From the IMG/VR virus record IMGVR_UViG_3300029828_000052, positions 1-14,002 of that record: 14,002 nucleotides of DNA, one strand, 5' to 3'. The DNA comes from a virus. Lineage: Duplodnaviria > Heunggongvirae > Uroviricota > Caudoviricetes. A program made the position numbers and the translations under genes. Below, one piece after another: positions 7,138 to 13,687 of the stretch (positions are counted from its first letter, which is position 1; every line of letters starts with the position of its first letter). Under the pieces are notes generated by a model that saw nothing but the letters and a program-made list of their open reading frames with translations, had not been told where the DNA came from and searched no databases.

Positions 7138-7591
7138 GCAGCAAATCCGGCAGGTCTGCCGCCAGTGCATGGACCGTTGCAGGGCAGGTGAAACATGGCC
7201 TCCGGACCTGGCTGAGTTTGTGGCGCTGATTTCGGAGAGCGGGGCAAATCCATTTGGTCTGACGGTGGATAACGTGATGGAGGAGTACCGACGCTGGCGC
7301 AACGAGTCCTGGCGATACGACGGAAGCGATAAATACCCGTGGTCTCAGCCTGTGCTGTATCACATTTGTCTCGAGATGCGTTCCAAGGGGATTGAGCGCC
7401 AGATGACCGAAGGGGAGTTAAAACGGCTTGCAGAACGGCAACTGGCGAAATGGGCAAAGCATGTTGGTAACGGACTGAGTGTTCCACCCGTCCGTAGGCA
7501 ACTGGCAGCACCCATACGTCCTGCGGGACCAACGCCAATTGAGTTGCTGAAACAGGAATATGAACGCAGGAAAGCGGCAGGTTTTGTTTGA
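6926..7591 (+). CDS. Replication protein P-like helicase loader (221 aa from ATG 6926; alternative starts 7049 or 7130)
   Basis: WPPDLAEFVALI and DKYPWSQPVLYHICLEMR resemble lambda P (GQFVAWC, SYPWKSNAHYWLV) as I recall it. ATG 6926 has a strong SD (AAGGGGG, 6-nt spacing) but overlaps the O-like ORF by 212 nt. Confidence 0.7.
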   Translation: MQQHQVAPHHGQFRKFGQHVSSGNVKTDLSTTETAWKLWELMGEVYSNRWTQKNGAAPSKLWIAQIGAMTEQQIRQVCRQCMDRCRAGETWPPDLAEFVALISESGANPFGLTVDNVMEEYRRWRNESWRYDGSDKYPWSQPVLYHICLEMRSKGIERQMTEGELKRLAERQLAKWAKHVGNGLSVPPVRRQLAAPIRPAGPTPIELLKQEYERRKAAGFV

Positions 7592-7620
7592 GTTGATAAG
7601 TAATTTTACCGGGAGGGTTT

Positions 7621-8016
7621 ATGGCGAAACCTTTTACACCCGAACAGCGGGAAGAGCTGAAGGCACGAATTATCGGATTGGTACGCAAAAATGGACGCAT
7701 GACGATGTCGCAACTGGAGAGAGCGACGGGAGCTGGCTGGCATTCGGTCCGGCGCTGCCTTGTGGATGTACTGGCTTGTGGTGATTTATACATGTCCGGG
7801 GAATACGGTGTTTTTGCATCAGAGCAGGCGTATCGTGAATGGCGTAAGACACCGGAGAAAACAACTGACCAGACACTGATTCGAAAGTTACCAGACGGAG
7901 AAATACGCCGCTACGACAGACACCTGAACATAATCTGTCGCGAGTGCCGGAAGAGTGAGGTTATGCAGCGAGTGCTGGCGTTTTATCAGGGGAAATTTCA
8001 GGAGGTGATGCTGTGA
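7621..8016 (+). CDS. Hypothetical protein (131 aa)
   Basis: Complete ORF; GGGAGGG SD just upstream of ATG; 4-nt overlap with the next gene. Confidence 0.7.
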   Translation: MAKPFTPEQREELKARIIGLVRKNGRMTMSQLERATGAGWHSVRRCLVDVLACGDLYMSGEYGVFASEQAYREWRKTPEKTTDQTLIRKLPDGEIRRYDRHLNIICRECRKSEVMQRVLAFYQGKFQEVML

Positions 8017-8279
8017 GCGAATCAAAATGTCAGGTTAATGGCAATCAGATAGAACCATGTGCGGCACTGGCAAAAGCCCTTGAGCATGATGCTGAATACA
8101 CGATGCGAAAAGGTCTGCTGATATACAAAATCTGGAATGAGAATTTAACTCGCGCCCCTGATTTGGTGATGTTGCGTTCCGGTAAATTTTCTAAATCACC
8201 TATTCGAGTCTCATTTTGCCCGTTCTGTGGTGAAAGTCTGAAAACATGGAAAAAGGAGACAACCAGTGAGCAGGATTGA
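8013..8279 (+). CDS. Hypothetical protein (88 aa), Cys-containing (CPFCG)
   Basis: GTG start at 8013 with AGGAGGT SD 6 nt upstream; GTGA overlap with the upstream gene. Confidence 0.65.
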   Translation: MSESKCQVNGNQIEPCAALAKALEHDAEYTMRKGLLIYKIWNENLTRAPDLVMLRSGKFSKSPIRVSFCPFCGESLKTWKKETTSEQD

Positions 8280-8862
8280 CTATCAGGCACTGCGTGGGGC
8301 GGCAGAAGCAATAAAAATAGCAGCCACACCACAAAAATTGCTGGCATTTCGTATGAAAGTCACACCTCAGGTTGTGCTGGCTCTACTGGATGAACGAGAT
8401 GCATTAAATGAACGCCTAGCCGAACTGGAGGCTGATTTAGCAGGGCTGGCCGAAGACCAACAGAAATCGATTGAGTCAATTAAGCAGGCTGATGAAGCTG
8501 TTAAGTTGGCACACGAGAAGTTTTCGGCGCTTGCGGCGGAGAATGAGCTGGCTCGTAAGGCAGTTCAGGCATTCTGCGATGTTGTTGGCGACAACACCGA
8601 GGTTATCGCTGAGGTGGTTGGGCGAGATAGCGTTCTGGTTATTTTGGAGGACATGAAGGCAACAGGAAATATGCCAGCCACCGATGCTTTTCTGGCTGAA
8701 GTACGGGCGCAGGGCGTGGAGATGCTGGCAAAAAATCATCAGAGTATCGTCAATGCACTTAAGGGAGATTCTTTATTTTCTGATGGTGAATACCGACATG
8801 CAGCTATTGTTTCCGCAGCTGTATATTTCGCTGCAGAGCTTCGCAAAGGAGGCAACCAGTGA
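8266..8862 (+). CDS. ead/Ea22-like family protein (198 aa)
   Basis: GTG start with AGGAG SD; N-terminal IDYQALRGAAEA and LLDERDALNERLAELEA are typical of Ea22-like proteins; paralog of the next gene. Confidence 0.75.
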   Translation: MSRIDYQALRGAAEAIKIAATPQKLLAFRMKVTPQVVLALLDERDALNERLAELEADLAGLAEDQQKSIESIKQADEAVKLAHEKFSALAAENELARKAVQAFCDVVGDNTEVIAEVVGRDSVLVILEDMKATGNMPATDAFLAEVRAQGVEMLAKNHQSIVNALKGDSLFSDGEYRHAAIVSAAVYFAAELRKGGNQ

Positions 8863-9467
8863 GAAAAATTAATTATCAGGCGCTACGTGATGCGGCAGAA
8901 AAGGCAACACAGGGTGAATGGGTCGCATTTATTTCGCCGGGCAAATACGGCACGTACGCCGTGCACACACCAGGAGATAATCATCACGGAGATATTGTCG
9001 ACTGGCCTGGATTCGACGGACAGAAAAACGCAGAGAACAACGCTCGTTATATCGCAGCTTTCAACCCTGAAGTAGTGCAGGCGCTGTTGGATGAACGAGA
9101 AGCCCAAAGCAAACGCATTGCAGAGCTGGAGGCTAATTTCACGGTGCTGGCAGTGGAGAATGTTGGAATAAAGTCTGCAATCCCAGAGCCACGGGATATT
9201 GAGGATGACAATGACAATATGGATGACGTCTCTCTTGCTGAAGACTTCGGATTCAATCATGCAATAGAATGGATGAGGAGACGGATTGAAACTCCAGCCA
9301 CCGACGCTTTCCTGGCGGATGTGCGGGCTGGGGCGTTTAACGACCTTTGCGCGGCGTTTGTCAGGCACGCAAAAGTTGCAGGACTGGATGATGCCGATAC
9401 CGTAACGCTTAAGGAAGTGACAGAAGTATTGTTGCATTGTGCGGAACAGATTCGCGCGCCTGAATAA
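8859..9467 (+). CDS. ead/Ea22-like family protein (202 aa), tandem paralog
   Basis: GTG start in GTGA overlap with the upstream paralog; shares INYQALRDAAEKA, LLDEREAQSKRIAELEA and PATDAFLADVRAG with it. Confidence 0.75.
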   Translation: MRKINYQALRDAAEKATQGEWVAFISPGKYGTYAVHTPGDNHHGDIVDWPGFDGQKNAENNARYIAAFNPEVVQALLDEREAQSKRIAELEANFTVLAVENVGIKSAIPEPRDIEDDNDNMDDVSLAEDFGFNHAIEWMRRRIETPATDAFLADVRAGAFNDLCAAFVRHAKVAGLDDADTVTLKEVTEVLLHCAEQIRAPE

Positions 9468-9562
9468 TTAAATTTAGTGTTGTAAATAAAATTTAATCCT
9501 TAACCGGAGGGATTTCTGCACCCTCAGAACATCAGGAGGCCGCCCGAAAGGGCGGTAATGAA

Positions 9563-9745
9563 ATGCGAAAGTTCAAAATAATTATTGAAACGGGAATAGC
9601 TGGTGGAGATTTTGAAGATGTATTCGAAGTGGATGATGATGCGACACCAGATGAAATAAAGGACGAAGCAAAAGAAATTTTCTTTAACTACTGCAATTAC
9701 TCATATCACGAAATAAAAGACGAGGAGGAAGAACAAAATGGCTGA
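9563..9745 (+). CDS. Small highly acidic protein (60 aa)
   Basis: Complete ORF; very D/E-rich; AGGAGG lies about 30 nt upstream, separated from the ATG by a GCCGCCC-GAAA-GGGCGG hairpin. Confidence 0.55.
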   Translation: MRKFKIIIETGIAGGDFEDVFEVDDDATPDEIKDEAKEIFFNYCNYSYHEIKDEEEEQNG

Positions 9746-9914
9746 TTTTGGTTCAACTAAATATAACGCCAGTTTTGAAGAATGGCATGAACTGTTAATG
9801 GATTATGCAGAGTTACGCGGTGGAAGTGCCGCTGATGCTGAAGCATGGCGTGATGATTATGAAGCAGGAAAAACTCCGGTCGAAGCATATTGTGATGAGT
9901 GGGGCGATGAATGA
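9738..9914 (+). CDS. Small acidic protein (58 aa)
   Basis: My own translation (below track cutoff): MADFGSTKYNASFEEWHELLMDYAELRGGSAADAEAWRDDYEAGKTPVEAYCDEWGDE. ATGGCTGA overlap with the upstream gene; GAGGAGG SD. Confidence 0.5.
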   Translation: MADFGSTKYNASFEEWHELLMDYAELRGGSAADAEAWRDDYEAGKTPVEAYCDEWGDE

Positions 9915-9935
9915 ACCACCACAAGAGGGGGCATA

Positions 9936-10112
9936 ATGAAAATGCGGATGGGAAATTGTTTATTGCCGTATCTGGTGCGGTTTGGGGCGTCGTCATTAAC
10001 AGTTATTCCACATGTCATGATGGTTGACAATATTATCCCGGCACCGAAGCGCCGTACCGGTATTGCAGCGGCACGACGTGCAGCAAAGAAACGCAGGAGA
10101 GCAAAACGATGA
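9936..10112 (+). CDS. Small protein (58 aa) with hydrophobic N-terminus and Arg/Lys-rich C-terminus
   Basis: My own translation: MKMRMGNCLLPYLVRFGASSLTVIPHVMMVDNIIPAPKRRTGIAAARRAAKKRRRAKR. AGAGGGGG SD 5 nt upstream; ATGA overlap with the next ORF. Confidence 0.4.
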   Translation: MKMRMGNCLLPYLVRFGASSLTVIPHVMMVDNIIPAPKRRTGIAAARRAAKKRRRAKR

Positions 10113-10297
10113 AAAACCGTAAAGCAAAAATTCTGTTAGCTCGCAGAAACGGTCCTGGCGTCTGGCAGTGGGTGAGACTCAGCAACCGACGAATGGGGTT
10201 GATGAAATATTACGGGATGATGGATTGTGGTTTTTGCAAAAAGCCCAGCGCGGCGCAAAACCGCTGGAAAAACCACTTGCGCACTAAAGGAGAGTGA
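10109..10297 (+). CDS. Small basic protein (62 aa)
   Basis: Complete ORF; GGAGAG SD; translationally coupled to neighbours on both sides. Confidence 0.5.
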   Translation: MKNRKAKILLARRNGPGVWQWVRLSNRRMGLMKYYGMMDCGFCKKPSAAQNRWKNHLRTKGE

Positions 10298-10298
10298 T

Positions 10299-10814
10299 AT
10301 GGCGTTAACACACCGCGAACTCTGTCAGATTGCGTATAAGTTCCTTAAGCGCAACGGGTTCAAGGTTTGTTTTCATGACCGCTTTATAGCTGTAACCAGT
10401 ACCGGAGAACAGCCAGATGCTATGGGATTCAGAAATTCAGCATCATGCCTGATAGAGGCGAAATGTTCTCGTGCTGACTTGTTGGCAGATAGAAAAAAGC
10501 GTTTTCGTAAAAATCCGTCTCTTGGAATGGGCGACTGGCGATTCTTTATTAGTGAGCCGGGAATTATTTCAGTTGAGGATTTACCACCTGGCTGGGGATT
10601 ACTTCACGTTGTTAACGGAAGAGTACGGAAAGTACATGGGTGGCCCAAGGGGAATTGCTGTTGGGGTAACCCTGAAGATAAACCTTTTATTGGGAATAAG
10701 CAGGTTGAATGCGATTACATGTTATCTGCATTAAGGCGCATGGAGTTGAGAGGGCACCTTAATGAAATATATGACGGCGTAATTGTTAATAAGAAAGAAG
10801 GAAACGCGGCATGA
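10299..10814 (+). CDS. Hypothetical protein (171 aa) with PD-(D/E)XK nuclease-like motif
   Basis: ATG at 10299 with AAGGAG SD 6 nt upstream (the track start at 10227 overlaps the previous gene). GEQPDAMGF followed by CLIEAKCS fits a PD...ExK signature. Confidence 0.65.
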   Translation: MALTHRELCQIAYKFLKRNGFKVCFHDRFIAVTSTGEQPDAMGFRNSASCLIEAKCSRADLLADRKKRFRKNPSLGMGDWRFFISEPGIISVEDLPPGWGLLHVVNGRVRKVHGWPKGNCCWGNPEDKPFIGNKQVECDYMLSALRRMELRGHLNEIYDGVIVNKKEGNAA

Positions 10815-11317
10815 CCACTATTACCAAAGAGCGACTACTGACAATCAAGCAGTGGCGCGAAACATACGGACCTGGTAGCAACGTTATACTGCCAGCAGAA
10901 GAAGCGGAAGAACTGGCACGGATTGCACTGGCATCACTGGAAGCAGAGCCGGTGGTTTACATGTGGGATAGCGAAAGAAAAGATATTGATGCCCCCGGGT
11001 ATTATCGGGCTGAGCATTTAGTGTTCGCTGAGAGTAGTGTTAAGCAATGGGGAGGGCGAGTTGTTCCACTTTACACCGCCCCGCCAGCGACGGTAGTGCC
11101 GGAATTTGAAACATGGTTTAACAGCCAGGAGCCAGGGAGGAGTATATGCAGCACACAGATTCGTCGCTCCCTTCAGGAAATCTCATGGAACGCCTGCTGC
11201 GCCGCTCCCTTCAGGAAATCTCATGGAACGCCTGCTGCGCCGCCATGCTTCAGGGGAAAGGCGATGGTATCCTCACCAATGAGGATACCAAAGGGGACGT
11301 TCAGGTACGGGAATTAA
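10811..11317 (+). CDS. Hypothetical protein, C-terminus frameshifted by a 38-bp tandem duplication (possible pseudogene)
   Basis: ATGA overlap with the upstream gene; protein-like up to the repeat at about 11165, then an aberrant tail (PFRKSHGTPAAPPCFRGKAMVSSPMRIPKGTFRYGN). Confidence 0.55.
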   Translation: MTTITKERLLTIKQWRETYGPGSNVILPAEEAEELARIALASLEAEPVVYMWDSERKDIDAPGYYRAEHLVFAESSVKQWGGRVVPLYTAPPATVVPEFETWFNSQEPGRSICSTQIRRSLQEISWNACCAAPFRKSHGTPAAPPCFRGKAMVSSPMRIPKGTFRYGN

Positions 11318-11442
11318 CAATGCTGATTAAACAACTGGCTAGCCAATTGAGGAAAGCGAAGCCGAACTGCAAATTACCGGAGAAGGCGATGGTCTACCTG
11401 AAGCGAAACGGACTGATAAGCGCGGAGGATATTTTACGATGA
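11146..11442 (+). CDS. ORF carrying the displaced C-terminal part of the upstream gene (98 aa from ATG 11146)
   Basis: ATG at 11146 with GGGAGGAG SD; after the duplication the frame reads a protein-like tail (GILTNEDTKGDVQVRELTMLIKQLASQLRKAK...). Removing one repeat copy fuses it in-frame to 10811. Confidence 0.4.
   Translation: MQHTDSSLPSGNLMERLLRRSLQEISWNACCAAMLQGKGDGILTNEDTKGDVQVRELTMLIKQLASQLRKAKPNCKLPEKAMVYLKRNGLISAEDILR
11165..11243. repeat. Perfect 38-bp tandem direct duplication (2 copies) inside coding sequence
   Basis: GCTCCCTTCAGGAAATCTCATGGAACGCCTGCTGCGCC at 11166-11203 and again at 11204-11241, checked base by base; period-38 identity spans 11165-11243. Confidence 0.95.
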
Positions 11443-11522
11443 CCTGGCCTGAAGCATTCACAACGGTAGGAATTGCGATGGCGGTGGCGCTGGTGGTGTA
11501 TTCGATTTGCCGCTGGGGATAA
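11439..11522 (+). CDS. Putative small hydrophobic peptide (27 aa)
   Basis: My own translation: MTWPEAFTTVGIAMAVALVVYSICRWG. ATGA overlap with the stop of 11146..11442; GGAGG about 10 nt upstream. Speculative. Confidence 0.3.
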   Translation: MTWPEAFTTVGIAMAVALVVYSICRWG

Positions 11523-11674
11523 AAACGGTTTGCGGGAAAAGGAGAGTTAAGTAGAATTGCTGCGGGTGCTTGAGGCTATCTGCCTCAGGCATGAACACCA
11601 AAAGGCAGATAGAGAAAAGCCCCAGTTAACATTACGCGTCCTGCAAGACGCTTAACATTAATCTGAGGCTCCCT

Positions 11675-11887
11675 ATGCATGACAACATCAGGTTAGCCTC
11701 TTACGTGCCGAAAGGCAAGGAGAAGCAGGCTATGAAGCAGCAAAAGGCGATGTTAATCGCCCTGATCGTCATCTGTTTAACCGTCATAGTGACGGCACTG
11801 GTAACGAGGAAAGACCTCTGCGAGGTACGAATCCGAACCGGCCAGACGGAGGTCGCTGTCTTCACAGCTTACGAACCTGAGGAGTAA
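11675..11887 (+). CDS. Mok-like reading frame (in-frame N-terminal extension of hok, 70 aa)
   Basis: Complete 70-aa ORF that contains Hok; this architecture matches the annotated chromosomal mok/hok pairs as I recall them. Confidence 0.5.
   Translation: MHDNIRLASYVPKGKEKQAMKQQKAMLIALIVICLTVIVTALVTRKDLCEVRIRTGQTEVAVFTAYEPEE
11732..11887 (+). CDS. hokD: Hok/Gef-family type I toxin (51 aa), HokD-like
   Basis: MKQQKAMLIALIVICLTVIVTALVTRKDLCEVRIRTGQTEVAVFTAYEPEE: single transmembrane helix and conserved C-terminus typical of Hok; followed by a 3' stem-loop and an intrinsic terminator. Confidence 0.85.
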   Translation: MKQQKAMLIALIVICLTVIVTALVTRKDLCEVRIRTGQTEVAVFTAYEPEE

Positions 11888-11955
11888 GAGACCAGGCGAG
11901 GGAGAAATCCCTCGCCACCTCTGATGTGTCAGGCATCCTCAATGCACCCGCACTT

Positions 11956-11980
11956 AACCCGCTTCGGCGGGTTTATTTTA
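11956..11980 (+). terminator. Rho-independent terminator downstream of hok
   Basis: ACCCGC-TTCG-GCGGGT stem-loop followed by TTATTTTAT. Confidence 0.7.
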
Positions 11981-12345
11981 TCTGTAAATATTTTTATAAA
12001 AATAATGCCCACACACAGCATAAAACAAAAAGTATCACAGATAAAAAAGGAGCGTAATGTGCAGATTTGTTGTTTTCCATATTTACTCACTTTAACATAA
12101 TCAATATTGATATGGTTGTTGTTTTGGTGGTTTCAAACGAGATGTTATGGTGATCTGGTAAAATTGCATAACATTAAAATTTAATTTATCTAATCGCTTT
12201 TAATAATAAGCGTTGTGTTTATCCCAACAATCTGTTGTTTGACTTTTATTCCATTAATGTAGGGGCTTTACACTGGAACCAGTTTATTTATACTTTATAC
12301 GCCAGCCTGAACAACTGGCACCTGCTGCGCCAGCAGAGACAACCG

Positions 12346-12624
12346 ATGGCGCACGATACCAAATTACACAATTCTGATGATTCTGCCGTCTTTGCCAGCA
12401 GGTGCGGACGGCGTTTTCATGCATTCAAATCGGACTGGTTCCAGCATCCACCATGCACTGAAGAGCAGGCTGAATGGATAATTCAGTGTTACCGCAGGCG
12501 CGGATACGAGGTTAAAAAAGCCCTTAGCCTCGACTACCGTCACTGGATAATCTCCGTCAGGCTTCCTTACTCCGAACGCCCACCGCGTCCGTCCCGCACA
12601 TTCCAGCAACGCATCTGGAGGTAA
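12346..12624 (+). CDS. Hypothetical protein (92 aa), Rem-like position between hok and the DUF968 gene
   Basis: ATG at 12346 inside ORF 12235..12624 (track start is a TTG in the AT-rich region); weak SD; stop 1 nt before the next gene's GTG. Confidence 0.5.
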   Translation: MAHDTKLHNSDDSAVFASRCGRRFHAFKSDWFQHPPCTEEQAEWIIQCYRRRGYEVKKALSLDYRHWIISVRLPYSERPPRPSRTFQQRIWR

Positions 12625-12625
12625 C

Positions 12626-13675
12626 GTGCGGGTATTACTTCGACCTGTTCTGGTACCGGAACTCGGGCTGGTGATAGTTAAGCCGGGCCGTGAATCCATG
12701 CCGGTATTCCACAATACCCGGGTACTGGTGGAGCCGGAACCGAAAAGCATGCGTAATCTGCCGTCCGGGGTCGTTCCTGCCGTTCGCCAGCCGCTGGCGG
12801 AGGATAAATCATTACTGCCATTTTTCAGCGACGAACGAGTGATTCGTGCTGCTGGTGGCGCTGGCGCATTGTCTGACTGGTTACTGCGCCATGTTAAATC
12901 CTGCCAGTGGCCACACGGCGATTATCACCATAGTGAAACCGTCATTCACCGTTATGGTACCGGCGCAATGGTGTTGTGCTGGCACTGCGACAACCAGTTG
13001 CGTGACCAGACCTCCGAATCACTTGAGCAACTTGCTCACCAAAACTTGTCAGCATGGATGATTGACGTCATTCGTCACGCAATGAATGGCACACAGGAGC
13101 GGGAATTATCGCTGGCTGAATTATCCTGGTGGGCGGTCCGCAATCAGGTGGCGGACGCGCTACCGGAGGCGGTATTACGTCGTTCGCTGGGGTTGCGTGC
13201 GGAAAAAATCCGCTCAATGTACCGTGAAAGCGACATCGTACCGGGAGAGCAGACCGCCACCAGCATACTGAAACAGCGCACAAAAAATCTTGCGCCGCTG
13301 CCTCACGCCCACCAGCAACAGAACCCACCACAGGAAAAGACGGTGGTCAGCATTGCCGTTGATCCTGAGTCTCCGGAATCTTTCATGAAACGACCTAAAC
13401 GTCGCCGCTGGGTTAACGAGAAATACACACGCTGGGTGAAGACACAGCCGTGTGCGTGTTGTGGTAAGCCAGCCGACGATCCCCATCACCTGATTGGTCA
13501 TGGTCAGGGCGGAATGGGGACAAAATCTCACGATATTTTCACGCTACCGCTGTGTCGGGAGCATCACAACGAGCTTCATGCGGATCCGCTGGCGTTCGAA
13601 GAAAAGCATGGTTCTCAGGTTGATTTAATTTTTCGTTTTCTTGATCACGCCTTTGCAACTGGCGTGCTTGGGTAA
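12626..13675 (+). CDS. DUF968 domain protein, YdfU-like (349 aa), with Cys/His HNH-like motif
   Basis: GTG start with GGAGG SD; C-terminal CACCGKPADDPHHLIGHGQGG...CREHHNELH; sits immediately upstream of rusA as in Qin-type prophages. Confidence 0.85.
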   Translation: MRVLLRPVLVPELGLVIVKPGRESMPVFHNTRVLVEPEPKSMRNLPSGVVPAVRQPLAEDKSLLPFFSDERVIRAAGGAGALSDWLLRHVKSCQWPHGDYHHSETVIHRYGTGAMVLCWHCDNQLRDQTSESLEQLAHQNLSAWMIDVIRHAMNGTQERELSLAELSWWAVRNQVADALPEAVLRRSLGLRAEKIRSMYRESDIVPGEQTATSILKQRTKNLAPLPHAHQQQNPPQEKTVVSIAVDPESPESFMKRPKRRRWVNEKYTRWVKTQPCACCGKPADDPHHLIGHGQGGMGTKSHDIFTLPLCREHHNELHADPLAFEEKHGSQVDLIFRFLDHAFATGVLG

Positions 13676-13687
13676 AAGAGGTGACTG

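Noticed and set aside
5372-9437. Minus-strand ORFs antisense to the rightward operon (5372..5701, 5741..6031, 5925..6389, 6122..6328, 6456..6927 set, 7013..7876 set including the 248-aa 7047..7793, 8045..8347, 8476..8739, 8883..9437, 9047..9256) and plus-strand 7560..7784, 8471..8656, 8684..8872, 8887..9075
   Set aside because: All overlap well-supported plus-strand genes in other frames; several are Pro/Arg/Ser-rich, as expected for reverse-strand shadows of GC-richer coding sequence; none has a convincing RBS.
9757-9996. Minus-strand 79-aa ORF and plus-strand 10471..10734
   Set aside because: The first is antisense to the coupled small-ORF cluster and His/Pro-rich; the second is an internal alternative frame of the PD-(D/E)XK-motif gene.
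11574-11614. Inverted repeat upstream of mok considered as a terminator or as the Sok RNA itself
   Set aside because: No T-run follows on either strand, so it is not an intrinsic terminator; more likely part of the hok mRNA leader fold. Sok could not be positioned from sequence alone and is left as a finding rather than a feature.
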